Notes: a model not told the origin generated them from the letters alone. A stretch of DNA of 64,000 nucleotides from Verrucomicrobiota bacterium (GCA_045046875.1 JASFYY010000050.1:1-64000), one strand, 5' to 3'; shown: positions 49,307-60,539, counted from the stretch's first letter. Numbers and translations: made by a program.

Positions 49307-49942
49307 ATGAAAAAGAGTTTATTCCAACTGTGTGTAGCGGTTTTGTGCTTGTTTAGAGTAACGGGATTGGTTGCAGGAGATAAGCCGGCGGTGAAAAGAG
49401 ATTCGGATGCAGCAAAAATGCGTGCTGGTATTGTGTTTGAAACGCTGGCGATTGATCCTGAGGTGTTCACCCGGGTGGAAGGAGGGAAAAAATCGGTGAT
49501 GGTACCGGTTCACGAATGGGATTATGGGGTGAAATTGTTCACTGCTGCGGAATGGAAAAAAAGGAACTATAAAAAAGGTGAATTCAGAGGCCTGGCGGAA
49601 GTGGTGGCGGATAAAGTTTTGCAAGAAGCGCAGCTTGAATTTATCCGAGATAGGCGTGATGTTGTTCTTTATGCAGTGATTCGCAGTGAGGACCCGTTTT
49701 TATCGAGCATCCTGCTTTCTAAAAAATTCCTACCAAAATTTAAAAAAAATATGGGAGAAATCGTGAGGGTGGTCATTGTTGATCGTCACGAATTGTATGT
49801 TTTTCCCGATTCAGGGGGGAAATTGGACGAATATGGGCCGGTTTTGGCGCAGCGGTATAAAACGACCCGACAGCCGGTAAGCCTGGAGATATTCCAGGTG
49901 AGTGATAAAGGTTTAAAAATAATCGGGACATTAGGGCGATAA
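49307..49942 (+). CDS. Secreted hypothetical protein
   Basis: 211-aa ORF with a signal peptide. Confidence 0.7.
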   Translation: MKKSLFQLCVAVLCLFRVTGLVAGDKPAVKRDSDAAKMRAGIVFETLAIDPEVFTRVEGGKKSVMVPVHEWDYGVKLFTAAEWKKRNYKKGEFRGLAEVVADKVLQEAQLEFIRDRRDVVLYAVIRSEDPFLSSILLSKKFLPKFKKNMGEIVRVVIVDRHELYVFPDSGGKLDEYGPVLAQRYKTTRQPVSLEIFQVSDKGLKIIGTLGR

Positions 49943-50042
49943 TTAATAATTTTCATAAATTATATAAAAATTGTAAAAATTTCTCAGTGAGCTCTGGGAA
50001 AAGGGTGGCTTAGTTGGACGGAATGTGATACACTGCCGGTCT

Positions 50043-50366
50043 ATGGCTAATCCAAGAAGAACCAGATTTTCAAGACGTGTGCCCGATCATGTAACAAATG
50101 AACTTGTTGCCGTACTCTCCGACAAAGCTACCTTTGGCTTCAAAGACCTATTTATAGTGGTTTACGAAAACCTGAAAGCTAGAAATGCTGTCAGCGGTGG
50201 CGAAGAAATGCTTCGTTTGCGTGCTTACGAAAAATTACAGAACCTGGTAACCCGTGGTTTGGTCAGTAAAGAGGGTAAGCAATACACTGCGCTCGATAAC
50301 ATCAAAGACGCGATCACTGAGGCGGCTCCTAAACCTGAGCTTCCCAAAGAAGAAGCGGCTAAATAA
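50043..50366 (+). CDS. Small basic hypothetical protein, possible winged-helix
   Basis: From MANPRRTRF; helix-helix-'LVTRGLVSKEGKQY' wing-like pattern; followed by a terminator. Confidence 0.7.
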   Translation: MANPRRTRFSRRVPDHVTNELVAVLSDKATFGFKDLFIVVYENLKARNAVSGGEEMLRLRAYEKLQNLVTRGLVSKEGKQYTALDNIKDAITEAAPKPELPKEEAAK

Positions 50367-50453
50367 GGCTGATTGTTCTATTTTGCCTGAGGGTTTTGGG
50401 TGATATTTCTTTGAAATATTCATCTGGACGAACTCGGGAATCGAATTAAACTC

Positions 50454-50494
50454 ATCGCTGTGCGGACTTGAATAAAGTCGGCACAGCGATTTTT
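50454..50494 (+). terminator. Rho-independent terminator
   Basis: ATCGCTGTGC.GACTT...AAGTC.GCACAGCGAT followed by TTTT. Confidence 0.7.
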
Positions 50495-50557
50495 CGTTTT
50501 AGTCTACAGGCTTGGCTCTGTGGGCGTATTTAGATTCACCATCAGTTACAGATCATT

Positions 50558-50941
50558 ATGACAGATAATTACGAAGCCGTTTTATTGCAGTTCTTGCTGG
50601 CAGCGGGATTTGCCGGAGTGACCTTGTTGATTTCCGTCTTGCTCGGTCAGCGGGCGAAAAGCAACAAACTGAAGGACAGTGCTTACGAGTGCGGCATGTT
50701 GCCGGTGGGTGATGGTCAGTCGCGTTTCAGTGTGAAATTTTATCTGGTGGCGATGTTGTTTGTATTATTCGACATTGAAGTGGTGTTTTTCTACCCTTGG
50801 GCGGTGGTTTTCAGGGATTTATTGGAAGAGACCGAGACCAAAATGTTTTTCTGGAGCATGGCGAGTTTTGCCGGCATTCTATTTGTTGCTTATCTATACG
50901 CGCTTAAAAAAGGCGCGCTCGATTGGAAGCCCCGCCATTGA
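50558..50941 (+). CDS. nuoA: NADH-quinone oxidoreductase subunit A
   Basis: YECG, RFSVKFYLVAMLFVLFDIEVVFFYPWA, KKGALDW. Confidence 0.96.
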   Translation: MTDNYEAVLLQFLLAAGFAGVTLLISVLLGQRAKSNKLKDSAYECGMLPVGDGQSRFSVKFYLVAMLFVLFDIEVVFFYPWAVVFRDLLEETETKMFFWSMASFAGILFVAYLYALKKGALDWKPRH

Positions 50942-51021
50942 CATTTGACTCGGGAAACCGTCAGTATAGGAGATTGTAAGGATGGTTGCTGGCGAGCGAC
51001 TGTTGTAATAACTTTCCTCCC

Positions 51022-51339
51022 GTGGTTCATTTTATCGCACTCTACAAATTGAAAGCCGATCTGCCAGAAGGCCGAACGGAACAGATGATACGCCATAGTC
51101 GCAGTCAGTTGTTAAAGATTCAAGAGGTGTTGAATGTGAGATCAGGGGTGCGTATTCACGAGGAGTGTGAATGGCCTTTTTTTCTAGCGATTGATTTTGA
51201 GAACCTCGACAAGCTGGAGATGTTTCGCGAGGATCCGGTTTTGCTAAAGTTCGCCCAGGAGGTGATTCAGCCGAATACCAGCGACTGCATGGAATGTGTC
51301 TATGAGATGGAGCCGGGCAAGGACGTCAAATACTCCTGA
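51022..51339 (+). CDS. Dabb family (stress-responsive A/B barrel) protein
   Basis: Probable GTG start MVHFIALYKLK; L.KI.EV.., F..L..F..DP; ORF open from 50986. Confidence 0.7.
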   Translation: MVHFIALYKLKADLPEGRTEQMIRHSRSQLLKIQEVLNVRSGVRIHEECEWPFFLAIDFENLDKLEMFREDPVLLKFAQEVIQPNTSDCMECVYEMEPGKDVKYS

Positions 51340-52658
51340 AGACAATCGACGAAGTAGCGCAGTTCGTCTTCGTTGATGTCGAAAGGAGGCACGAGAGAGA
51401 GCACGTTGCCTGCGGGCGAGGCTGAGAGGGTGATGATGCCTTTTTTCAGTGAGTGAACCACAAAGGCTGAAGTCGCGGCGCGGTCGGGTTGGCCGTTGGG
51501 GGTGAGGATTTCCACTCCTAATAATAAACCACGACCGAGGATTCGGCCGCGTGAGGGCAGGTCGATTTTCTCGAGCAGCTTGGTGAACAGGGCGCCGCGT
51601 TGTTGCACCTGTTTTGCCAGATTGGACTTGCTGTGCAGGTCGAGCGCAGCCAGGGCCATGGCGCAAGCAGGGGGGTTGCCGAGGTGGGTGGTGGTGTGGA
51701 TGGCTTCACCATCAGAGGCGGGCCAGGCACGATCCATCAGTTCGGCGGTTCCGACACAGGCGGAGAGAGGTAGTCCGGAAGCGAGGCTTTTGCCAAGACA
51801 GATCAAGTCGGGGATGGTCTGGTTGGCTTCGCAGGCAAACAGGCTGCCGCAGCGGTTGAGGCCGGTGAGGATTTCATCTGCGATCAATAAGGTGCCGGTA
51901 TCGTCGCAGATTTGTCGTAATAGGGGAAGGAAGCCCGGGGGCGGAACGACTTTGCCTCCACGGCCTTGGATCGGTTCTAACAGGATGGCTCCGATGGGGT
52001 TCTGCTCGATTTTTTTGCGCAGTGCTGTTTCCAGGGTTGTTAATTGTTCGAGGCAGTCAGGGCTGCAGGGGAGTTTTTGTTCGCAAAAGCATTGAGGAAA
52101 GGGCAGGGGATGACCGAAATCGGAGAGCTGGGCGGCAAAGGGGGCGCTGAAACGGTGCATGGCGCCGGCGGCGAGGGTTCCGTAACCTAGGCCGTGGTAG
52201 GCATTTTCAAACGTGATCACGCCGGGTTTTCCACTAGCGAGCAGGCTGGTTTTGAGGGCGGCTTCGATGGATTCAAAGCCGGTATTGCCGAGGATGACTT
52301 TAGCGGGGCCTTGCCCCCAGCGTTCAAAGGTGATTTGGCTGATTTTTTCACAAAGCCGGACTTTGAGCTCGGTGGGATGGACGTCGCCCATGCCGTGAAT
52401 CAACTGGTCAGCTTGGTTTTTCAGGGCGGAAAGCACGGTGGGGGGGGAATGGCCAAGGCCACTGACGCCAAATGCGCTGGTGAAGTCGAGCAGGCGGTTG
52501 CCATCGACGTCCCAGACATTAGTGCCGCTGGCACGCTGCCAGAAGACTGGAAATTCCGAGTTCATGAAGGTCACGTTGCGGCATTCGTGTTGCGTCAGTC
52601 TCGCGGCGAGGTCGAGGGACTTGGGGCCGGGGATGGCAGTCTGGATGTCGGGCAGCAT
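51300..52658 (-). CDS. Class-III PLP-dependent aminotransferase
   Basis: WDVDGNR.LDF, AYHG, EPIQG.GG, LIADEI.TG.NRCG, PDLICLGK. Confidence 0.93.
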   Translation of the reverse strand: MLPDIQTAIPGPKSLDLAARLTQHECRNVTFMNSEFPVFWQRASGTNVWDVDGNRLLDFTSAFGVSGLGHSPPTVLSALKNQADQLIHGMGDVHPTELKVRLCEKISQITFERWGQGPAKVILGNTGFESIEAALKTSLLASGKPGVITFENAYHGLGYGTLAAGAMHRFSAPFAAQLSDFGHPLPFPQCFCEQKLPCSPDCLEQLTTLETALRKKIEQNPIGAILLEPIQGRGGKVVPPPGFLPLLRQICDDTGTLLIADEILTGLNRCGSLFACEANQTIPDLICLGKSLASGLPLSACVGTAELMDRAWPASDGEAIHTTTHLGNPPACAMALAALDLHSKSNLAKQVQQRGALFTKLLEKIDLPSRGRILGRGLLLGVEILTPNGQPDRAATSAFVVHSLKKGIITLSASPAGNVLSLVPPFDINEDELRYFVDCLQEYLTSLPGSIS

Positions 52659-52880
52659 GATCGGTGGTGATGTCGGGAAAGGTGGAAACTAGCTCTATCG
52701 CGGTCGATCAAATCAGGCAAGTAAGAATCGTTTTACATGATCGGGCATTTTTGATACGCTGAACGAAGTAGGGATTCACAATGGCGAGCTGAGAGGGCTT
52801 TAAGCGCCTTCGCAAATGGGCTGGCAGCGATTGTTGATCTGAGTGGTGAAGTTGGATTAATATTGGGAAAAGGAGAAATT

Positions 52881-53525
52881 ATGAGAAAAATATCAAAATG
52901 GTCGAAAATAAAAAGCCTCGCAGCAGGCATGATGATGGCGGGGGTCATGGGATCGGTCGCGGTCGCGGGATCGGGCAATTTACAGAAAGTTTTTAATGAT
53001 GCCAAGGCGGATTATGATGCGGGAGAGTTTGAAAAGGCAGCAATCGGGTTCCGCAAGGTGCTGAAATACCAGCCGAGTTATGTGTATGCGCGCAAGTATT
53101 TGACCCAGACGGAGGCGATGCTCAAAAAGGGCAAAACGGTGGTCACGCTGGAAACTAAGTTGGCTAAGTTGCAGGTGCCGAATGTGAATTTTGATAACGC
53201 TAGTTTGGGCACCGTGTTGACTTATCTGTCTCAAAGGTCGGAGGAAATTTCCGAGGGCAAGGTGATTGCGAACTTTATTTATAAAGGACCGCGGGAGGAC
53301 AAGGACTCAAAAATGGTGACCTTGAAACTGGGCAGTGTGCCGATGACGGAAGTCATTCGTTATGTCGGGCAGTTGACTGGAACCAAGTTCAAATATGAGG
53401 AATACGCCGTGGTGGGAGTGCCTGCAGTTGATGTCGCTAGAGCCGAGGTGAAGCTGGAGCAAGGGGCAGCGGTTTCTAACAAACCGAAATTTGATGATAA
53501 ACCCAAAGACCCCTTTGCTAAATAG
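52881..53525 (+). CDS. Secreted TPR-like plus STN/secretin-N-like domain protein
   Basis: Signal peptide; A..DY..GEFEKA...F.KVL..QP; P.V.F..ASL..V..YL...VTL.L..VP..E...YV. Confidence 0.6.
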   Translation: MRKISKWSKIKSLAAGMMMAGVMGSVAVAGSGNLQKVFNDAKADYDAGEFEKAAIGFRKVLKYQPSYVYARKYLTQTEAMLKKGKTVVTLETKLAKLQVPNVNFDNASLGTVLTYLSQRSEEISEGKVIANFIYKGPREDKDSKMVTLKLGSVPMTEVIRYVGQLTGTKFKYEEYAVVGVPAVDVARAEVKLEQGAAVSNKPKFDDKPKDPFAK

Positions 53526-53653
53526 TGGAAGGTCGTAGGACAAATTTTCATATTTGTCCGTGGGTCTGCCGTTGCTGTTAAATAATGTAGTTGGAGTGAG
53601 GGCGAATCGAGGGTGACAGAATTGAAATTCTATCCCACGGCTTTTAAAAATCA

Positions 53654-54313
53654 GTGAAGTCAAAAATTGCTCTGATCACTGGAGGCGGGGGAGATCTCGC
53701 TTTGGAGTTGCGAAGTCAACTACTGGCGGCGGGCTACGAGGTGCTTGCGCCCACCCGGGTGCAACTGGACGTGAGCGATGCGGATGCGGTGGACTTGTTT
53801 GTGAAAGAGCATGAGCGCATTGATTTGTTGATCAATAATGCAGCAGTGACGGCGGATCGGCCCATTTCGCGAATGAGCGAAGTTGAATGGGATCATGTGC
53901 TGGATGTGAATGCCAAAGGGGCATTCCTCTGCGCCAAAAGTGTTTTGCGCAAGATGCTGCGTCAGCGATGCGGGCATATTATTAATATAAGCTCGTATTC
54001 TGCACTGCGGCCTCCTGTCGGGCAGGCAAATTATGCGTCGGCGAAGGCGGCTTTGATTGCTTTGACGCAGAGTTTGGCGGAGGAGGCAGGTGGTCGGAGC
54101 GTCCGGGTGAATTGTGTGTTGCCGGGGTTTCTGGAGACTAAAATGACGAAGCGGGTGAGTGATAGCGCGCGTGAGCGAGCGAAGCAGGCTCATGTTTTGG
54201 GGCGTTTCAACTGTGTTTGCGATGCGGCACGGTTTATAGTGTTCTTGGACACTATGGAGGCGGTATCGGGTCAGGTATTCCAACTGGACAGTCGCCTGCG
54301 ACCATGGTGTTGA
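53654..54313 (+). CDS. SDR family oxidoreductase (FabG-like)
   Basis: ITGGGG, NNAA, GQANYASAK, VNCVLPGF. Confidence 0.9.
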   Translation: MKSKIALITGGGGDLALELRSQLLAAGYEVLAPTRVQLDVSDADAVDLFVKEHERIDLLINNAAVTADRPISRMSEVEWDHVLDVNAKGAFLCAKSVLRKMLRQRCGHIINISSYSALRPPVGQANYASAKAALIALTQSLAEEAGGRSVRVNCVLPGFLETKMTKRVSDSARERAKQAHVLGRFNCVCDAARFIVFLDTMEAVSGQVFQLDSRLRPWC

Positions 54314-54421
54314 GGGGGCAGAAAAGGCGGTGTAAATAAAAATTTTCCGTCATGGAAAATATCGCTTGCCGAATCAGCCAAGCTGTGGAAACTTTGCGCC
54401 CCTCTCAACCGAGGCTAAGCG

Positions 54422-54736
54422 ATGGCATACGCAATTTTTAAAACAGGTGGTAAACAATACAGGGTCTCCGAAGGCGACAGCATAGATGTGGAGAACATCG
54501 ACGCTGAAATCGGCGCTAATACTTCTTTTTCTGAGGTATTGATGCTCAATGACGGAACCAGCACAACCGTGGGTGAACCTTTTATCAATGGAGCAACTGT
54601 CGAAGCCGAAGTGGTCGATCAGCACCGTGATAAAAAAGTGATCGCCTTCAAATTCAAACGACGTAAAGGTTTTCACAAAACCAAAGGTCACCGCAGGCAT
54701 CTGACACGTTTGCAGATCAAGAAGATCTCGGCATAA
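54422..54736 (+). CDS. rplU: 50S ribosomal protein L21
   Basis: YAIFKTGGKQYRV, FKFKRRK...GHR. Confidence 0.98.
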   Translation: MAYAIFKTGGKQYRVSEGDSIDVENIDAEIGANTSFSEVLMLNDGTSTTVGEPFINGATVEAEVVDQHRDKKVIAFKFKRRKGFHKTKGHRRHLTRLQIKKISA

Positions 54737-54803
54737 AACGCTTCAAATTTCAGGCGGGTTGCAAAACTTTAGCGCTGAACGCAAATCTTAACTATTTTTA
54801 GCA

Positions 54804-55055
54804 ATGGCTCATAAAAAAGGACAGGGAAGTATTAAAAACGGTCGCGACAGTAACGCGAAGCGCCGTGGGGTGAAAAAATTTGGCAGCGAAAAAGTGATCG
54901 CCGGCAACATCATCATTCGTCAATGTGGCACCAAATGGCAGCCCGGTGTGAATGTGGGTCTGGGAAAAGATTATACGATTTTTTCACTGGTGGACGGAGT
55001 GGTTCGTTTTGACCGCAACGGTCGACGGGTGAACGTTGATGCGGTGGAAGCGTAA
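54804..55055 (+). CDS. rpmA: 50S ribosomal protein L27
   Basis: [30 protein letters not shown]. Confidence 0.98.
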   Translation: MAHKKGQGSIKNGRDSNAKRRGVKKFGSEKVIAGNIIIRQCGTKWQPGVNVGLGKDYTIFSLVDGVVRFDRNGRRVNVDAVEA

Positions 55056-55091
55056 GTTTTTATCTCTATGGTCTTTTGACCGCAAAGATTT

Positions 55092-55119
55092 ACAGCAGGC
55101 TTTAGCTTGCTGTTTTTTT
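55092..55119 (+). terminator. Rho-independent terminator after rpmA
   Basis: ACAGCAGGC-TTTA-GCTTGCTGT followed by a T-run. Confidence 0.8.
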
Positions 55120-55199
55120 GTGCCTTGGGAATAAGGCTGATAAAATTTATTCTAGTATTCTAGCTTTGCGAAATCGTTGAGCTTGTGAAAGTGTGACTG

Positions 55200-55652
55200 A
55201 TGTTTAATGTTGTTTTGATCGAACCGGAGATCCCGCCGAATACCGGTAATATCGGTCGTTTGTGTATGGCTGCGGGCGCACGGTTACACTTGGTCGGGCC
55301 GCTCGGATTTTCCCTCGACGACCGTTCACTGAAACGTGCGGGGTTGGATTACTGGCCTGAACTCGATTTATCCCAGTGGCAATGTTTTGAAGAGCTGCAA
55401 ACTGCTGCGGATGATTCGGCGGCTTTTTATTTCTTAACAACCAAGTCGGATAAGGCTTACTGGGAGGTGGATTTTAACGATAACGATTATATTGTTTTTG
55501 GCCCTGAAACCCGGGGGTTGCCGCAGTCTTTACTGGAGGAATACGAATCCAACGCATTAACGATTCCGCAAAAAAAAGGCCGCAGTTTAAATTTGGCCAC
55601 TTCAGTTGGCATTGTTCTTTACGAGTCCGTTAGGCAGCTGAGCAGCTCTTAA
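55200..55652 (+). CDS. trmL: tRNA (cytidine/uridine(34)-2'-O)-methyltransferase
   Basis: EPEIPPNTGNIGR.C, LHL..PLGF, RAGLDYW, FGPETRGLP, RSLNL. Confidence 0.95.
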   Translation: MFNVVLIEPEIPPNTGNIGRLCMAAGARLHLVGPLGFSLDDRSLKRAGLDYWPELDLSQWQCFEELQTAADDSAAFYFLTTKSDKAYWEVDFNDNDYIVFGPETRGLPQSLLEEYESNALTIPQKKGRSLNLATSVGIVLYESVRQLSSS

Positions 55653-56042
55653 TGATCCGATTTGGGCATTAGGTCCTTGAGTCGTATTTAGTTAAGAATG
55701 ATTTTTACACTTGCCAAGTGTGATTTTTTTCTGTAACAACGATTTCTATAGACCGCACTATTATTCTGACAAAATCAAAAACAAATACCGAGAAGTTAAT
55801 TCTCAGGAAAAATCCTAGTTCACAGGTTAATGTTTCTGGGCGATATAGCGGCGACGGGTGTGTTGGAGGGGGCGGGGGAGATTCTCAAATTGTGATTGGA
55901 TCCGCTAGGGCTAACGATGATCTGGTCGGGTGTTTCACATGTTGTGAGCATGCGTGGAATGATAAAATTTTAGTGTGAAAAGATATATAGAATTTAACTG
56001 ATCCCCAACAACAAGGCCCTTTGTGGCGAAAACAAAGCAACT

Positions 56043-56471
56043 ATGAAGAAAAAGACAGCAAGGAAAAAGGCAGCTCCGAAAAGGAAAGCCGTAAAGAGAT
56101 CCGCAGCTCCTAAAAAGAAAGCAGCTAAAAAGAAAGCAGCTCCTAAAAGGAAAGTGGTGAAGAAAAAAGCAGCTAAGAAAAAAGCAGCTAAGAAGAAGGC
56201 GGCTCCTAAAAAGAAAGCTGTGAAGAAAAAAGCAGCCAAGAAAAAAGTAGCTCCTAAAAAGAAAGCAGCAAAAAAGAAGGCAGCTAAGAAAAAGGCGGCT
56301 CCTAAAAGGAAAGTTGTGAAAAAAAAGGTGGCTAAGAAAAAAGCAGCGCCTAAGAAGAAGGCGGCAAAAAAGAAAGCCGCCCCTAAGAGGAAAGCAGTGA
56401 AAAAAAAGGCAGCTAAGAAAAAAGCAGCGCCGAAGAAGAAGGCGGCTAAAAAGAAAGCTCGTAAACGTTAG
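56043..56471 (+). CDS. Histone H1-like Lys/Ala-rich DNA-binding protein
   Basis: Repeats of KKKAA / PKKKAA / PKRK(A/V)V with synonymous codon variation; followed by a terminator. Confidence 0.85.
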   Translation: MKKKTARKKAAPKRKAVKRSAAPKKKAAKKKAAPKRKVVKKKAAKKKAAKKKAAPKKKAVKKKAAKKKVAPKKKAAKKKAAKKKAAPKRKVVKKKVAKKKAAPKKKAAKKKAAPKRKAVKKKAAKKKAAPKKKAAKKKARKR

Positions 56472-56494
56472 ATCGAATTAATTAACTCGATTAT

Positions 56495-56533
56495 AACCCG
56501 GAACTGACGAGAGAGTCGGTTCCGGGTTTTTTT
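56495..56533 (+). terminator. Rho-independent terminator
   Basis: AACCCGGAACTGAC...GTCGGTTCCGGGTT followed by TTTTT. Confidence 0.85.
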
Positions 56534-56612
56534 GTCAGTTGATCTAATTTACAAGGTTACTCTCGGAGCACTTGTTTTACCGAGCTTGAAAAATTTTAAA
56601 AGCTGTTAATGA

Positions 56613-57980
<1,368 letters not shown>

Positions 57981-58023
57981 CTTGTATCAGGTCAGTCGGT
58001 AAAAAAACAGAGGCAACAAAAAA

Positions 58024-58314
58024 TTATTTATTGTCTTTTTTGGAGTGAAACATGGCGAGCATACGGTCGGTGACCATGTAGCCGCCTACAACATTGATTG
58101 TAGCCAATACCAGGGCGATGAAGCCGAGGATGACGCCCATTTTCCCATCGGGGTCAGTTGCTCCGGAGGCAATGATCGCACCTACAATGGTGATGCCCGA
58201 GATGGCATTAGAGCCTGACATCAGCGGGGTGTGTAGCTGTGAGGGGACTTTCTGGATCAGTTCGAAGCCGAGGAAGGCGGCGAGCACAAAGATAAAGAGG
58301 AGGAGCATTAACAT
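58024..58314 (-). CDS. pntA: NAD(P) transhydrogenase subunit alpha, part 2
   Basis: VP..LHTPLMSGSNAISG, INVVGGY.VTDRML.MF. Confidence 0.95.
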   Translation of the reverse strand: MLMLLLFIFVLAAFLGFELIQKVPSQLHTPLMSGSNAISGITIVGAIIASGATDPDGKMGVILGFIALVLATINVVGGYMVTDRMLAMFHSKKDNK

Positions 58315-58354
58315 GATGAGAAGATGTCAGGAATTAAAATGAAGCGGTAAGCGG

Positions 58355-59479
58355 TTAAGAAGTGAAACGTTCGTGGACGATTTTTCCCCCGTGAGTGATG
58401 ACGCAACCTTTGAGCAGTTCGTCTTCGAGGTCGATGGGGAAAGTTTTGCTCTCTTCGTCGAGAAAGTGTTCCACCATGTTAGTGATGTTTGAGGAATAGA
58501 CCTGGGTTGCGTTTTGTGGAACCAAACCCTCATAATTGGTCAGTCCGATCAGGGTGACGCCTTTGTCGGTGGTAACTTCTTCGCCGGCGACTACTCCTTC
58601 GACATTGCCGCCGCCTTCAGCAGCGAGGTCAATGATCAGGCTGCCGTTTTGCATTTGGGCTACGACATCTTTTTTGATCAGCACTGGTGGTTTGCGGCCG
58701 AAAACTTTGGCGGTGGTGATCACCACATCGGACTGGGCGCAGACCTTGGCTTGCGCTTCGATCTGGATTTTGATCTGTTCAGGAGTCATCTCCTTGGCGT
58801 AACCGCCTTCACTTTTGGTTTCACCGAGGTCGATGCGCAGGGCTTTTGCGCCCAGGGACTCGGCTTGTTCGAGGGCTTCTGGCCTGACGTCAAAGGCGGT
58901 GACCCGTGCTCCGAGGCGTTTGGCGGTGGCGATCGCTTGCAGTCCGGCTACGCCGATGCCGAGGATGAAAAATTTGGCCGGAGAGATGGTGCCTGCTGGG
59001 GTCATCATCATTGGCAGGATGGTTTTCATGCGGCTGGCGGCGAGAATGACAGAGGCGTAGCCTGCCAAGTTGGCCTGCGAACTCAGGGCGTCCATTTTTT
59101 GGGCCAAGGTGGTGCGCGGAAGCATTTCCAGACTGATGGCAGTGGCATCGGCTTTGGCAAACGCTTTAATCAGGCTGGATTCATTAAAAGGGTCGAGGAA
59201 GCTGATGTGGATGGCGCCTTTTTTGAGTTTGGCGATTTCATCTGCCGGAGGTTTGCGTACCCGGACGACGATGTCGGCGTCCGCCAGAGATGTTTTGCGA
59301 TCGCTGGAGATTTCTGCTCCAGCTTCACGGTAATCTTCGTCTCTATGCCCGGAGGAGTCTCCTAGGCCTGATTCTATGATCACCGTAACTCCAAGGGTAG
59401 AGAGTTTCTTTGTGCCGACGGGGTCCAAGGCGGCTCGGGTTTCGTCGGGGTCCGTTTCTTTTGGCGCGAAGATTTTCAT
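58355..59479 (-). CDS. pntA: NAD(P) transhydrogenase subunit alpha, part 1
   Basis: From MKIFAPKE...ETRAA; AQKMDALSSQANLAGY, MMMTPAGT, G.GVAGLQAI. Confidence 0.95.
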   Translation of the reverse strand: MKIFAPKETDPDETRAALDPVGTKKLSTLGVTVIIESGLGDSSGHRDEDYREAGAEISSDRKTSLADADIVVRVRKPPADEIAKLKKGAIHISFLDPFNESSLIKAFAKADATAISLEMLPRTTLAQKMDALSSQANLAGYASVILAASRMKTILPMMMTPAGTISPAKFFILGIGVAGLQAIATAKRLGARVTAFDVRPEALEQAESLGAKALRIDLGETKSEGGYAKEMTPEQIKIQIEAQAKVCAQSDVVITTAKVFGRKPPVLIKKDVVAQMQNGSLIIDLAAEGGGNVEGVVAGEEVTTDKGVTLIGLTNYEGLVPQNATQVYSSNITNMVEHFLDEESKTFPIDLEDELLKGCVITHGGKIVHERFTS

Positions 59480-59575
59480 GAAATAAGGAGCACTGATCGT
59501 CTCAGAGGAAAGTAACCTATCAAGCTCAGGCAAAGTGTCGAACGGAATTTTTTGTCTATGCTGGTATTTGCTACA

Positions 59576-60397
59576 TCAACGAGATTTGTTTTCCTCGCGG
59601 TTGACGTTGCTAGGGAAGGACTGGGTGTAAGCCTGGTCTTTTGGACTGAGGGTTTTTATCTCTACTTGCCACTTTTCACCTGCGGCGGATTTCAGAGTGA
59701 CGGACGTTCCATTGCGTTGCACAAACTGGGCGAAAAATTTCTGACCTTTGTGGTTTTTCCACTCTCGGTAACCTCTGGTTTTCAGCATTTTTCTTTTTAG
59801 GGAAATTTCAACAAGCTGGGCGTCGGTTACGGCTTTGAGGTTTTTGAAATAATCGACTGGACGCCCACTGTGGTAACCAGTGATCTGGTTGATCACATGC
59901 CCGTTGGGGTCGAAAAAAAGTAGGACTGGCAGTCCGCTGACTTTGAATTTTTCTTTTAGTTTGCGTAGGGCATCAGGAATTTCTAGTGGATCCCGTGGGT
60001 AGTCGAGGTAACAAAGGACCAGATTTTTTTTGGCGTAGCTGTTGAAGGTTTTGGATGAGATCACTTCGGAGCTGAGATCTTGGCAGATGGTATTCCACTG
60101 CGCGGTGAAAAGCAGCAGCATCGGTTTTTGTTTGGCTTTGGCGATGGAGAAAGCTTTGTGGGGATTGCGTTCCCATACCGCTGCATTGGGATCTGTGGGG
60201 ATGTTGGGTTGAAGAGGGATTTTGTCAGGGATGACCCCTGAACGTTTGATCAAGCCATTGGCATCGGGCACTGGGGTAGCTACGATGGGCTGGCGGGTTT
60301 CCTGGGCTTGAAGCAGGGCTTGGGGCGACATCGGGCCGGTCACCGATAAAAAGGAAAGCAGGACAAGGAACTGGCAATGGCGGTTGGAAAAATGCAC
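59576..60397 (-). CDS. Secreted thioredoxin-fold protein with C-terminal SHD1-like domain
   Basis: AKAKQKPMLLLFT..W...C, F.V.G.P; C-terminal REW....G..F.A.FV...V.L...L S..DQ.Y. Confidence 0.75.
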   Translation of the reverse strand: MHFSNRHCQFLVLLSFLSVTGPMSPQALLQAQETRQPIVATPVPDANGLIKRSGVIPDKIPLQPNIPTDPNAAVWERNPHKAFSIAKAKQKPMLLLFTAQWNTICQDLSSEVISSKTFNSYAKKNLVLCYLDYPRDPLEIPDALRKLKEKFKVSGLPVLLFFDPNGHVINQITGYHSGRPVDYFKNLKAVTDAQLVEISLKRKMLKTRGYREWKNHKGQKFFAQFVQRNGTSVTLKSAAGEKWQVEIKTLSPKDQAYTQSFPSNVNREENKSR

Positions 60398-60539
60398 GGA
60401 TGAAAAATATAAACAAGCAGAGATTGAACTTAACTTGGATCCTGTAGGAAATGGGGGGGAATGATACTTGGAGAGGGGCTTGAATTAATGCTGAAGAGGA
60501 TGTGTATTGGGGATTGTAGCAGCTCATCGAATAAGCGAT

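Noticed and set aside
55994..56239. Phe/Ala/Leu-rich membrane-like ORF on the minus strand
   Set aside because: Antisense shadow of the Lys/Ala repeat gene.
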